64,000 nucleotides of DNA from Candidatus Multivoradales bacterium (GTDB lineage: Bacteria > Acidobacteriota > Thermoanaerobaculia > Multivoradales > JAHEKO01). Of this stretch, positions 19,180 to 29,296 are shown piece by piece. The translations under genes and the position numbers were made by a program. The notes under the pieces were generated by a model that did not search any database, was not told where the DNA came from, and saw only the letters and a program-made list of their open reading frames with translations. Position 1 is the first letter of the stretch, and each line of letters begins with the position of its first letter. The stretch lies in assembly GCA_965248055.1 (NCBI GenBank), contig CBDFIJ010000004.1, forward strand, positions 2,624,001 to 2,688,000. The letters are read 5' to 3'.

Positions 19180-20196
19180 CTAGGCGATACTCCGGTCGGG
19201 GTCCGCATTGCGCCAACTTTGCAGTAGCTTGATGTAGTTGACGCGCCGATAAGCGTTGGGGTCAGGGCAGCGTTCCAAACTCAAGGCGCCGCGCAGCCCA
19301 TCCAGGGATTGATACTCGTTCTCTTCCAGCCACTCTTGGAACTGCCGCAAGATGGTAGTCAATGCTTGCGGTCCTTGGCGAAGCACTGGAGAAACTACCT
19401 GGACCGCGTCAGCTCCGCAGGAGATCGCCTTGATTGCAGCCTCTCCGGAGTCGATTCCTCCGGTCGCTGCCAAAGAGCTTTCGGTTCGCCCGTAGAGGAT
19501 CGCCAACCAAGTGAGCCGCAACGGTAGTTCTTCTGGCGACGACAGGTGCAGGCGACGCTCGACTTCCAGGGTCAGAGGGTCGACATCCGGCTGAAAGAAT
19601 CGATTGAACAGAATCAGGCCATCGGCTCCGGCCTCAACCAGCCGTTGAGCCAAATTCGCCAACGAGCTGTAGAACGGCGCGAGCTTGACGGCGACCGGGA
19701 TTTTGACCCTCTGTTTGACCTCACTCACCATATTGATCAGCTCATTCTCGACCTCTTCTGCGGTCCGATCCCCAGAGGTCACCACCTGGTAGTTGTTGAG
19801 TTCCAGTGCTGCAGCGCCAGCTTCTTCGATGGCCATTGCATAATTCAGCCAGCGCCCGGCGCGGGTACCGTTGAGCGAGGCAATGACCGGCAGGTCAACG
19901 GCTTGGCGTATCTGTCGCACTTGCTCGACGTACTCGTCGGGTCCCAGGATGAAGGCCTCGGGCTCTGGTAGAAACGACATCGCTTCGGCGAACGACTCCA
20001 TCGGTGAATCAAAAGCATGCATCGAGGACACTTGCTCTTGTTCGATCTGCTCCTCAAATAATGAGGGCATGACGATGGCTGCAGAACCGGCGTCCTCCAG
20101 TTGGCGGACTTGGTCGAGATCGTCCGACAGCGGGGAAGCCCCTACCATCAGTGGATGGGCCAGTTCGATTCCAAGGTACTTGGTGGTCAGGTTCAT
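19180..20196 (-). CDS. Dihydroorotate dehydrogenase-like flavoprotein (PFOR-associated)
   Basis: SLFEEQI, IASLNG, VKLAPF and LFNRF motifs; ATGA-coupled to PFOR. Confidence 0.88.
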   Translation of the reverse strand: MNLTTKYLGIELAHPLMVGASPLSDDLDQVRQLEDAGSAAIVMPSLFEEQIEQEQVSSMHAFDSPMESFAEAMSFLPEPEAFILGPDEYVEQVRQIRQAVDLPVIASLNGTRAGRWLNYAMAIEEAGAAALELNNYQVVTSGDRTAEEVENELINMVSEVKQRVKIPVAVKLAPFYSSLANLAQRLVEAGADGLILFNRFFQPDVDPLTLEVERRLHLSSPEELPLRLTWLAILYGRTESSLAATGGIDSGEAAIKAISCGADAVQVVSPVLRQGPQALTTILRQFQEWLEENEYQSLDGLRGALSLERCPDPNAYRRVNYIKLLQSWRNADPDRSIA

Positions 20197-23100
20197 GTTG
20201 AACCCCCTGCGGTTTCTTCTTCTGCGTCCAGGGTCAACCCAGCGAGTTGCTGGTAGACGTGCCAACGACGGTCGGCCGAGTGCTGAGCTTGGTCCATCAG
20301 GCTACGGTAACGATCCTTGTCTTGTCGTTCAACGATACGAAAACGGGCCTCGTGTTGGGTGAATGAAGACACCGGAGCAGAAGGAGCTTTGGAATCCAGT
20401 TGCAGGGGTGGCTTACCTTCGGCGCTTCGCCGCGGGTCGAAGCGGTAGAGCGGCCACAGCCCGGAGGCTACTAAGCGCTTCTGTTGTTCGACGTTTTGCG
20501 AAAGGTCGTAGCCGTGGGCGATACAGGGGCTGTAGGCGATCACCAGGGAGGGCCCGGGGTAGGCCTCGGCCTCCGAAAGTACTTGCACCACCTGGTTGTA
20601 CTTGGCGCCAAAGGCCACTTGGGCGACATAGACGTGCCCGTAGGCCATCGCTTCCATCCCCAGATCCTTCTTGCCGACTTCTTTGCCCAAAGTGGCGAAC
20701 TTGGCGGCAGCTCCGAGGGGTGTTGCCTTGGACTGCTGACCCCCGGTGTTGGAGTAGACCTCGGTGTCGAGCACCAGTACGTTGATGTTGCGTCCCAGAG
20801 CCAGTACGTGGTCGAGGCCACCGTAGCCGATGTCATAAGCCCATCCGTCGCCACCGACCAACCAGACACTTTTTGGAACCAAGTAATCTGCGACAGATTC
20901 CAACTGTCGGGCCAAAGGATCGTCAAGCTCGGCTAGGCTTTGCTTCACTTGAGCGACATATTGCCGGGCTAGGTCGATATCCAAATCGTCGTCTCCCAAC
21001 AGCGTGCGGGTTGCTTCTGGCTCAAGTTGATCCTGAAGCTGATGTAACAGGTGACGCGCCAAGCGTTGGTTGGTCTCCACCCCCAAGCGCATACCCAGGC
21101 CGAACTCGGCGTTGTCTTCAAACAACGAGTTGGACCAGGCTGGGCCGCGTCCGTGGTCGTTGACGGTATAGGGCGTGGTGGGCAGGTTGCCGCCGTAGAT
21201 CGAGGAGCAACCGGTAGCGTTAGCGATCAACAGCCGGTCGCCGAAGAGCTGGGTCAGAAGCTTGAGGTAAGGCGTCTCACCACAGCCAGCACAGGCACCG
21301 GAGTACTCAAACAAAGGCTGAAGAAACTGGGAACCTTTGGCGTCGACCCGAGAGATTTGATCGATGGTTCGCTCTGGCAGGCTGAGAAAGAAGTCATAGT
21401 TTTGGCGTTCCCGGTCGCGCACCCGCAGTTGAGGGTGCATATTGATCGCCTTGCGGCGCGGGTTGGCGCGATCCTTTGCCGGGCAGATTTCGACGCACAA
21501 CCTGCAGCCGGTGCAGTCTTCTGGAGCGACTTGTATAGTGAAGGCATTACCACGTAGATCAGCAGCGTTGTAGTCGATGGACAGAAAGCTGTCGGGGGCA
21601 TCCGACAAACATGCAGGGTCGTAGGCTTTGGCGCGAATCGCGGCGTGCGGGCACACCAGGACGCACTGGTTGCATTGGATACAGACTTCCGGCTCCCAAA
21701 GCGGAATTGAGGTCGCGATGTTGCGCTTCTCCCACTGGCTGGTGCCGGTGGGCCAAGTGCCGTCGACCGGGAAAGCAGAGACCGGAAGCAGGTCGCCCTT
21801 CTGCGCCAACATCACCGCGGTGATTTTTTGCACGAAGTCTGGGGCGTTCTCAGAAACCAGCGGAGGTTTGGGTTTGCCGTTGACGCTACGCCCTGTGAGA
21901 TCGACTTCCTTCAAGGCGCTGAAGGTGGCCTCGATCGCGGCGTGATTGCGCTCGACTAGCACCGGTCCCCGTTTGCCGTAAGTCTTGGTGACCGCATTGC
22001 GGACACATTCCACAGCCTTGTCAAAGGGCAGAACTCCAGCCAGAGCAAAGAAGGCTGTCTGCATCACCGTGTTGATGCGTGGTCCGAGGCTGGCTTCCTG
22101 GGCGACTTGGTAGGCGTCCACCACATGAAACTTCAGGCCTTTGTCGAGAATTTGCGTCTGGGCTTCGCGTGAAAGCTGTTCCCAGACTTGATCCTTGGCG
22201 AAAGGAGAATTGAGGAGAAAGACTCCGCCTTCAGTGGCCACTTCCAGGATGTCCAGACTATCCAGGAATTCAAACTGATGACAGGCAACGAAGTCGGCTT
22301 GGCGGACTAGGTAGGGCGAACGGATTGGATCTGGCCCAAAACGCAGATGCGAGACGGTAATTGCTCCTGCCTTTTTGGAGTCGTAGACAAAGTATCCCTG
22401 CACCTCAAGATCGGTTTCCTCACCTAGGATCTTGATGGTGTTCTTGTTGGCGCTGACCGTTCCGTCAGAGCCCAGACCGTAAAACACCGCACGGGTGCGA
22501 CCGGCTGCCTCGCTTCCGTCCCATTCCACCTCCGGTAGGGAGGTGTGGGTCACGTCGTCGACGATGCCCACGGTAAACGCTCGTTGAGGTTGCTGCTGAG
22601 CTAGATTGTTAAATACCGCTTCAACATGGCCGGGATGAAATTCCTTGGAAGATAGACCAAAGCGGCCGCCGATGACTTTCGGTCGGCTTTGCCAGCTGGC
22701 CCACCCCATGGCTTCTGCCGTGTCGATGGCCGAAACCACATCGAGGTATAACGGGTCACCAGGAGCGCCAGGCTCTTTGGTGCGATCCAGAACGCCGACT
22801 GTCGCGACAGACTTGGGTAGGGTGCGAGTGAAGCTTTCGACATCAAACGGGCGGTACAACCGTACCTTGACCAAGCCGACCCGCTCTCCGCGACCCACCA
22901 TGTCTTCGATTCGCTCGATCGCGGTTTCGCAACCAGAGCCCATCATCACCACCACCCGCTCTGCCTCTGGATGACCGTGATACTCGAACAAGTCGTATCT
23001 GCGACCGGTGAGTTGATGAAATTCGACCATCGTCTGGCGCACGATCTCGACACACTGCAGGTAGTAGAGGTTGGCGGCTTCCCGTGCCTGAAAAAAAGTA

Positions 23101-23786
23101 TCTGGGTTTTGTGCCGTGCCCCTGATCACCGGACGGTCTGGGGTCAGAGCACGATTGCGGTGGGCGATGATGGCTTCGGGGTCGAGCAGTTCAAGTAACG
23201 CGTCGTCACTCACCATTTCAATGCGTTGTAACTCGTGCGAAGTGCGGAAGCCGTCGAAGAAATGCATGAACGGTATTCGGCTACGGAGGGTCGCGGAGTG
23301 GGCCACCGCTGCCATGTCATGGGCCTCCTGGGGCGAGGAAGCGGCAAGCATGGCGAAGCCAGTCTGGCGCGCAGCCATGACATCGGAATGATCGGCAAAG
23401 ATCGACAGCGCGTGGGTCGCTAGAGTACGTGCAGCGACGTGCAACACGAATGGCGTCAATTCACCGGCAATCTTGTACATGTTGGGGATCATCAACAGCA
23501 AGCCTTGGGAGGCGGTGAAAGTGGTCGCCAGCGCGCCAGCCTGTAGGCCGCCATGCACCGTGCCAGCGGCTCCGCCTTCGGACTGCATCTCCACCACTTC
23601 GGGTACCTGTCCCCACAGATTCCTTTGCTGGTGGGCGGCCCAGGTGTCCGACAGCTCGCCCATCGGCGAGGCGGGCGTGATCGGGTAGATCGCGATCAGT
23701 TCACTGGCGCGGTAGGCGATCGACGCGGCTGCTTCGTTACCGTCGATAATTCTCTGTTGAGGGTTCTGTTGTCTTGTCTTACTCAC
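20193..23786 (-). CDS. nifJ: Pyruvate:ferredoxin/flavodoxin oxidoreductase (homodimeric)
   Basis: YPITP, MQSEGGAAG, two ferredoxin motifs, ACAGCGE and GGDGWAYDIG; GTG 23786 overlaps the upstream stop. Confidence 0.95.
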   Translation of the reverse strand: MSKTRQQNPQQRIIDGNEAAASIAYRASELIAIYPITPASPMGELSDTWAAHQQRNLWGQVPEVVEMQSEGGAAGTVHGGLQAGALATTFTASQGLLLMIPNMYKIAGELTPFVLHVAARTLATHALSIFADHSDVMAARQTGFAMLAASSPQEAHDMAAVAHSATLRSRIPFMHFFDGFRTSHELQRIEMVSDDALLELLDPEAIIAHRNRALTPDRPVIRGTAQNPDTFFQAREAANLYYLQCVEIVRQTMVEFHQLTGRRYDLFEYHGHPEAERVVVMMGSGCETAIERIEDMVGRGERVGLVKVRLYRPFDVESFTRTLPKSVATVGVLDRTKEPGAPGDPLYLDVVSAIDTAEAMGWASWQSRPKVIGGRFGLSSKEFHPGHVEAVFNNLAQQQPQRAFTVGIVDDVTHTSLPEVEWDGSEAAGRTRAVFYGLGSDGTVSANKNTIKILGEETDLEVQGYFVYDSKKAGAITVSHLRFGPDPIRSPYLVRQADFVACHQFEFLDSLDILEVATEGGVFLLNSPFAKDQVWEQLSREAQTQILDKGLKFHVVDAYQVAQEASLGPRINTVMQTAFFALAGVLPFDKAVECVRNAVTKTYGKRGPVLVERNHAAIEATFSALKEVDLTGRSVNGKPKPPLVSENAPDFVQKITAVMLAQKGDLLPVSAFPVDGTWPTGTSQWEKRNIATSIPLWEPEVCIQCNQCVLVCPHAAIRAKAYDPACLSDAPDSFLSIDYNAADLRGNAFTIQVAPEDCTGCRLCVEICPAKDRANPRRKAINMHPQLRVRDRERQNYDFFLSLPERTIDQISRVDAKGSQFLQPLFEYSGACAGCGETPYLKLLTQLFGDRLLIANATGCSSIYGGNLPTTPYTVNDHGRGPAWSNSLFEDNAEFGLGMRLGVETNQRLARHLLHQLQDQLEPEATRTLLGDDDLDIDLARQYVAQVKQSLAELDDPLARQLESVADYLVPKSVWLVGGDGWAYDIGYGGLDHVLALGRNINVLVLDTEVYSNTGGQQSKATPLGAAAKFATLGKEVGKKDLGMEAMAYGHVYVAQVAFGAKYNQVVQVLSEAEAYPGPSLVIAYSPCIAHGYDLSQNVEQQKRLVASGLWPLYRFDPRRSAEGKPPLQLDSKAPSAPVSSFTQHEARFRIVERQDKDRYRSLMDQAQHSADRRWHVYQQLAGLTLDAEEETAGGST

Positions 23787-24508
23787 TCTTTCACCGCTCC
23801 ATTCCACGCTTCCAAGGTTTCAACTACGGTCTCCAAGGAGCGCACGCGTGCCCAACGTTTGTTATCGCCTTCGACGATTGTCCATGGCGCCTGCGAGGTA
23901 CTGGTCTTGACCAGCATGTCTTGCACAGCCTCTTCGTATTCATCCCAGCGCTCCCGATTACGCCAATCTTCATCGGTCAGCTTCCAGCGCTTGTGCGCTC
24001 GTTGTTTACGCAGCTCGAAACGCTTTAACTGTTCTTCTTTGCTGATGTGAAACCAAAACTTGACGATCGAGGCTTTGGCATCTATCAACTGGCGTTCGAA
24101 GTCATTGATCTCGCGATAGGCGCGCTGCCACTCGTCTACCCGAGCAAAACCTTCCACACGCTCCACCAGAACCCGGCCATACCAGCTGCGGTCGAAGATC
24201 AGGATTTGTTTGTCGCTCGGCGGCGGCAGTTTGCGCCAGAAGCGCCACAGGTAGTGATGTGCGTTTTCCTCATCGGTCGGCGCAGCGTAGGTCAAGACAT
24301 GAAAGGAACGTGGGTCAAGACTTTCGGTCATGCGGCGAATGGCTCCGCCTTTGCCACCAGCGTCCCAGCCTTCAAACACCACCAGCAAGGTTCTTTGTTG
24401 TTTGTAGAGTTCGCGCGCGAGGTGCGAAAACCTAACTTGCAAGTCGCGCAGCCGTTGCGAGTATTCCGGTTCGTCTAGACGCAGGCTTAGGTCAACTTGG
24501 CCGAGCAT
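23783..24508 (-). CDS. ppk2: Polyphosphate kinase 2 family protein
   Basis: FEGWDAGGKGG, FDRSWYGRVLVERVEG and APW motifs. Confidence 0.92.
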   Translation of the reverse strand: MLGQVDLSLRLDEPEYSQRLRDLQVRFSHLARELYKQQRTLLVVFEGWDAGGKGGAIRRMTESLDPRSFHVLTYAAPTDEENAHHYLWRFWRKLPPPSDKQILIFDRSWYGRVLVERVEGFARVDEWQRAYREINDFERQLIDAKASIVKFWFHISKEEQLKRFELRKQRAHKRWKLTDEDWRNRERWDEYEEAVQDMLVKTSTSQAPWTIVEGDNKRWARVRSLETVVETLEAWNGAVKE

Positions 24509-24510
24509 GA

Positions 24511-25281
24511 TTAGTCACCCCCTTGGTCGCCAGATACCGAGTCGTCAAGAGAACGATCGATATCTGGTGCCCGCTGGGCGACAACCCCAGTCAGGGTCTC
24601 AATGATCTGCTCCAGGACTGCAACCGTGGCCCAACGGCGATCCGTGGCCGCGATGATGTGCCACGGCGCGTGCGGAAATTCGGTGTGCTGCAGTAATTCT
24701 TCGGTGGCAGCTAATCGCTGTTGGTAGCGACGAGGCTTATTCCAGCGACCCTCCAGGGCCTTCCAACTGGTACCCGGGTCCTCTTTCCAGGAGTCGTATC
24801 GTTCCAGCTGCTGCTCCCGGCTGATGTGGAGAAAGAACTTAACCGGAACGTAGCCATCGTCGCGCAGAGTGCGCTCAAAATCACCGATGTCGCGTAGGGC
24901 TCGACGCCAGCGCAGTTCGTCACAACCGTTGACCCGTTCTTCTACAGCTACTCGATTCCAGCTGCGATCGTAGATCGCCATCGAGCCATAGGCTGGGATC
25001 ATTCCCCAGAAACGCCACATCCACGGTAGGTCACGCTCGTGGGTACGGGGTTCGTCGGTGACGTGATGGAGATCGTAGCCGCGCGGTTCCAGGCGCGAGG
25101 TTAGACGCCGGATGACCGTGCCCTTGCCAGCGGCATCCCAGCCTTCGAGCACCAGCATGGTTGGGACCTTGGACGCCCAACACGCGCGCTGCAGTTGCCA
25201 AACCCGTTTCTGTAGCTTCTTGAGCCGTTGCGAATAGTCCTCTTTGCTGAGGGAGGGGCTGAGGTCGATTACTTCAAGCAT
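24511..25281 (-). CDS. ppk2: Polyphosphate kinase 2 family protein (second, more divergent domain)
   Basis: LEGWDAAGKG, YDRSW and KFFLHIS motifs. Confidence 0.88.
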   Translation of the reverse strand: MLEVIDLSPSLSKEDYSQRLKKLQKRVWQLQRACWASKVPTMLVLEGWDAAGKGTVIRRLTSRLEPRGYDLHHVTDEPRTHERDLPWMWRFWGMIPAYGSMAIYDRSWNRVAVEERVNGCDELRWRRALRDIGDFERTLRDDGYVPVKFFLHISREQQLERYDSWKEDPGTSWKALEGRWNKPRRYQQRLAATEELLQHTEFPHAPWHIIAATDRRWATVAVLEQIIETLTGVVAQRAPDIDRSLDDSVSGDQGGD

Positions 25282-25441
25282 TTGTGGAGGTCTCCCACTG
25301 AAGAGTTTCCCATCGGCAGATGGTATTTACAAACACAAACGAACGGCAGATCGCTAGGCGCACAACTAGGCAACATGGCTGCGATTGACCGCGAAGTAGC
25401 GACAGAGCAACGGTCGAGAGTCGAGGGTTGTGTCTGTGAAA

Positions 25442-26389
25442 TCAGGTCGGATCCAAGAGCACCTTGAGAGTGCCTTGATGCGCCGCTTGGTCCAGGGCCT
25501 CTACAACCTGTTCTAGTGGATAGGTGGCGGCGATCATGGTGTCGATAGTGATCCGCCCTTTGCTGAGGCGTTCCAGTCCACGCTGCATCGAGCCACACCG
25601 CGAGCCCACCAGTCGAAGCTCGTTGACCACCACCTCAGAAGTGTCCAGCTCCAACGGCTGGGTATAAGTCGATTTGAGCACCAATTTTCCTCTTGGGCGC
25701 AAGCCACGGAGCGCGATTCCAGCTCCGTGGGGATTGCCGGTGCATTCAATGGCGACCGAGAACGAGTGTTCAGGAATCTCGCTCGCGACCAAGAATGCGA
25801 GATCGCCATGATGGGGGAGAACGTCAGGGTTGCTTTGTCGTTGGACGATGAAGACTCTCCTTCCGTCTGCCAACAGACATTGAGCGACCAAGAGACCGAG
25901 CTTTCCCGCGCCGACCACCAACACCGGATCGTCGTTTCCTGAGATCTCCTGAACGGCAGCGTCGGCAGCGGCCAGGGGTTCGGCGAATACCGCTTGGTGG
26001 TCTGAAACTTGGTCCGGCACCGGATACAAATTGGTGACCGGAAGCGCAACAATCTCGGCAAACGCCCCAGGTCGAGAGCGAATGCCCAAGACTTTGCGTT
26101 GCCTGCAGTGGTGGGGGTTGTTGCGCTGGCATTCACTGCACCCGCCACAGGCGATATTGATGTCGGCCACCACCCGACGTCCGACCAACCCCGGTGGTCC
26201 GTCGATGACAGTGCCGACAAACTCATGCCCTGGGATACCAGTGAAATCTGCGTAGCCCTCGAGGAGCTCCAGGTCGGTGTTGCAGATGCCCGCCAGTGAG
26301 ACTTGGATCAGCGCTTCGCCTTGGGCGGGAACCGGGTCATCCACAGAACGCAGTTCGGCTTTGCCCCCTTCGAACCACACTGCCCTCAT
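25442..26389 (-). CDS. Zinc-binding MDR alcohol dehydrogenase-like protein
   Basis: GICNTD, GHEFVG, CxxCxxC and GAGKLG motifs. Confidence 0.9.
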   Translation of the reverse strand: MRAVWFEGGKAELRSVDDPVPAQGEALIQVSLAGICNTDLELLEGYADFTGIPGHEFVGTVIDGPPGLVGRRVVADINIACGGCSECQRNNPHHCRQRKVLGIRSRPGAFAEIVALPVTNLYPVPDQVSDHQAVFAEPLAAADAAVQEISGNDDPVLVVGAGKLGLLVAQCLLADGRRVFIVQRQSNPDVLPHHGDLAFLVASEIPEHSFSVAIECTGNPHGAGIALRGLRPRGKLVLKSTYTQPLELDTSEVVVNELRLVGSRCGSMQRGLERLSKGRITIDTMIAATYPLEQVVEALDQAAHQGTLKVLLDPT

Positions 26390-27255
26390 GAGCCGACTCC
26401 ATGCACGAACTTAAGAAAGGCGTCGACCGTGGCCTGTGGTGCCTCCAGTTGAGGATAATGGCCGACTCCCGATAACACCGTTAGTGGCCTGTGGGGACAA
26501 AGCTCTTGATAGCGGTCAATCATCGCTTGACCGGCCACCGGGTCAACATCGCCGGCAACCAACTGCAGCGGCACCGGGGACTCCACCGTTGCCTGTCTCC
26601 AGCGTTGCATGTGCTCAACCCGTTCGTCGAGGTAGCGACTTAGACGGTGGGCGATACGGTGCCCAGCGTCATGACTCACCAGTTGCCAGTACTGATGTAG
26701 CTCGTCCGCGGACAGCTGTGTTTCCGGCGCAAAAATGCGCGAAAAACTGGCGCGAAATCGGTTTTCATTAAGCAGCGCAGCGACCACACCGCCGATCGGG
26801 GAGCGCAGTAGCTTCTGAATCAGTCTTGGCTTGGCAGCATCAAAAAAGATCCCGCCATTGAGCAAGGTGATCGAGCGCATGTTGACCTTGCCTCGCCCCT
26901 CGATTTCGCGCGCTAGGAGCTCCTGTACCACGGTATCCCCGTAGTCATGGGCCAGAAGGTGAAGATCTTCCAATCCCAGATGGGCGACCAACGCCTCCAC
27001 TAGATCGGCCTGTTCGGCCATTGAGTAGACATGGCGACGCGGTTTGGCGGAGAAACCGAATCCCAGCAAATCCAAAGCAACGACATCGAACTGGGTTGTT
27101 AGTCGAGCCCAGATCCGGTTCCAGTCCCAGGAGGCTGTGGGGAAGCCGTGGATCAAGATCAAGGGCGGACCTGAGCCCATCCGCTGATAGAAGATCTGGC
27201 GACCGGCAAAGCCGAAGTAGCTTCCCGCCTTTTTCCATGCGTCTATGGATTGCAT
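26386..27255 (-). CDS. Alpha/beta-fold hydrolase (epoxide hydrolase/MEST-like)
   Basis: HGFPT, AHDYGD and GHYPQLE motifs. Confidence 0.9.
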   Translation of the reverse strand: MQSIDAWKKAGSYFGFAGRQIFYQRMGSGPPLILIHGFPTASWDWNRIWARLTTQFDVVALDLLGFGFSAKPRRHVYSMAEQADLVEALVAHLGLEDLHLLAHDYGDTVVQELLAREIEGRGKVNMRSITLLNGGIFFDAAKPRLIQKLLRSPIGGVVAALLNENRFRASFSRIFAPETQLSADELHQYWQLVSHDAGHRIAHRLSRYLDERVEHMQRWRQATVESPVPLQLVAGDVDPVAGQAMIDRYQELCPHRPLTVLSGVGHYPQLEAPQATVDAFLKFVHGVGS

Positions 27256-27273
27256 AGGGAGAGCATATCGAGC

Positions 27274-28536
27274 CTAGTTGTTTGCGTGCCGGAATGCCCG
27301 ACTCATTCGGTCCTGCTCCTCGTTCGAGATTCCTCGCCTTGTCGCGACCTCTCGCCAAGTCCTCACAGCCACAACAACCTCGTCGAGGATTTCTCTTGAT
27401 CGCGCGTTACTTATTCGAAAAAATGGCGCGACTGATACAACCAACTCCGAGTCCTGAGCGTTGTCACTTTCCGAAATGTTTAGAGTCAGCCCTTCGCCGT
27501 TCGGATCCGGGTTCATATCGTAGGCCGGAGCCAACTCCCAGCCGCGGTTAGTGAGAATATAGCCATGATTTCGCAGATGGTCATCGGTGTTTGAGACACA
27601 GACGAAAAACGAAATCCTACGCCACAGTTCCTCAAGGTCCTTCGCCACACTGGAACCAGACTGCATCAGGAGATCGGCTAGCTCCAGGTAGCTTGCTCCA
27701 TCGTCAGCCTTGTCGCCATCCCGCCTTTCGAGAAGCGTCATCGCCGAGGCAAAGTGAAGTCGTCTGCCCTTGCTAGTGCGATCAAAACGACGGCTCAGAA
27801 AGGTGTGATGCGGCGATCCAAATTGTTCCAGTCTCGCGCGCGCGACCTTCAGGCCGGCTCGAATTGCCAATTCGTGGACAACACTTTCCCACGCTCCCAC
27901 ATTGTTTTCGTCGCGTCGGCTGGGGAACTTGGCAATCCAGAGCTGACCGTTTGAGTCGAGCACACTAGCCTTTGGCCTCGCCCCTCCAAGTGAACCGCCT
28001 GGAGTGATCAGCATCTGCAGCCAAGAACTGTAATTTGGATGGGAGGTAGAGTCGTCCCGTTCTAACTGCGAGGCGGCATGCTGGAGTTCTCGCAATGAGG
28101 TCCACGGCGGCGCAGCAAATTCGGTGTTGTCGTCAAGAAAAGGGCCGTTGGTGCGAAACCGAAGACCTCCCATGCGGTGTCGGTCGTGGACGCCGAGGAG
28201 GTAATCTGACTCATGCAGTCTTCGATCTTTCCGCCCCTCCGCTCGCGCTCTCTGAGCCTCGCGTCGGCGCATCAACACGCGCCCCCAGCGATCGGGGCTT
28301 GAGTCCAGAAAGAGTCCGAAGTTAGCGTTGTCGGGCGATGGATACTGCGGGCCACCGTAGAGCGCAAGAGCGGGATCAAGCTGCAGATGATGCGCGTTAT
28401 CGATCCACGTTGCCTGGTACTCGAACGAGAAGATCTCTTTCCCCCGTGACAGATTGGCAGACAACCGACCCATTAAGGCCCGCTCTCCCAGACCTTGCCA
28501 GTCTGCCCATACCTCGATAACGCGTTGATTGCTCAC
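27274..28536 (-). CDS. hipA: HipA-family kinase toxin
   Basis: PDRWGR, SLGGARPKA, IAKFP, NTDDHLRNH and LAPAYD motifs. Confidence 0.92.
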   Translation of the reverse strand: MSNQRVIEVWADWQGLGERALMGRLSANLSRGKEIFSFEYQATWIDNAHHLQLDPALALYGGPQYPSPDNANFGLFLDSSPDRWGRVLMRRREAQRARAEGRKDRRLHESDYLLGVHDRHRMGGLRFRTNGPFLDDNTEFAAPPWTSLRELQHAASQLERDDSTSHPNYSSWLQMLITPGGSLGGARPKASVLDSNGQLWIAKFPSRRDENNVGAWESVVHELAIRAGLKVARARLEQFGSPHHTFLSRRFDRTSKGRRLHFASAMTLLERRDGDKADDGASYLELADLLMQSGSSVAKDLEELWRRISFFVCVSNTDDHLRNHGYILTNRGWELAPAYDMNPDPNGEGLTLNISESDNAQDSELVVSVAPFFRISNARSREILDEVVVAVRTWREVATRRGISNEEQDRMSRAFRHANN

Positions 28537-28853
28537 GTCGTAGGTGTCCTGGGGGCACGCTTGGGTGTAGCGAGTTTGGAGTCCTGAAGCTTCCGGCCTA
28601 GCGCGTCATCCCGCGCGATGAGGCCGAGATCAGAATGCAATCCCAAACTGTGAAGAACATTGGCATAGGCGCCAATGGTGACTCCTGCCTTGCCGCGCTC
28701 GATGGATTGGAGTGTAGTGCGAGACATGCCGCCGCGCTCGGCGAGTAGTTTCATCGACAATCCGCGGCGAAGGCGAGCAAGGTGTATGTTCTCGCCCAGT
28801 CCCTTTAGGATTCGGCCGACCGAGGGGTGTGGAGTAGAAGTTTTTCTTGCCAT
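28533..28853 (-). CDS. hipB: XRE/HipB-like antitoxin
   Basis: HTH (LARLRRGLS...SRTTLQSIERG); coupled to hipA. Confidence 0.85.
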   Translation of the reverse strand: MARKTSTPHPSVGRILKGLGENIHLARLRRGLSMKLLAERGGMSRTTLQSIERGKAGVTIGAYANVLHSLGLHSDLGLIARDDALGRKLQDSKLATPKRAPRTPTT

Positions 28854-28860
28854 AATGAAC

Positions 28861-28904
28861 ATTATTATGGACGAAAATGCCTATGTAAGTCTATTATTAT
28901 GGAC
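28861..28904. promoter_or_regulatory. Probable autoregulatory operator of hipBA
   Basis: Two exact copies of ATTATTATGGAC (28861-28872 and 28893-28904) in the AT-rich promoter region. Confidence 0.55.
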
Positions 28905-28921
28905 TTTATGAAGAGTGCCAC

Positions 28922-29046
28922 CCCGTGAATCAAGACTAGCTTTGCCCCGTGCCATGCACGCTGGTAGTAGATTGAGCGGCCACCAAAGTCAAAGAAGGAG
29001 CCTGATTGACGCCACTTCTCTAGAGTCAGCACTGCTTGAGCATATC
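28922..29046 (-). pseudogene. Truncated 5' end of a paralog/allele of the alpha/beta hydrolase at 26386-27255
   Basis: VLTLEKWRQSGSFFDFGGRSIYYQRAWHGAKLVLIHG matches MQSIDAWKKAGSYFGFAGRQIFYQRMGSGPPLILIHG. Both have GATATGCTC exactly 5 nt before the start codon. Confidence 0.85.
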
Positions 29047-29296
29047 CGCGTTGAACAACGTCACCGTGAAGAACACGCGATCCGTGGTCGAGGTGTCGGA
29101 AAGACGAGTACTGGGGAAGGCTGCAGAGCAGATTGCTTCTTTTGAAGAGGTGGTAACACGGGCACCCGCCAGCTACGTCTCGGAACAGTCGATTCGGATC
29201 CCAGACGACGCACCACCAGGCTATTACAGCTATCAAGCCGCTGTGTCTTTCGGTGAGATGAGCGACGAGTTTTCTGCTATTTTTCAAGTTCAGTAG
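29036..29296 (+). pseudogene. Probable 5'-truncated gene fragment (Ig-like beta C-terminus)
   Basis: Protein-like sequence (IRIPDDAPPGYYSYQ) ending immediately before the TPR gene; no convincing start; abuts the hydrolase-fragment junction. Confidence 0.5.
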
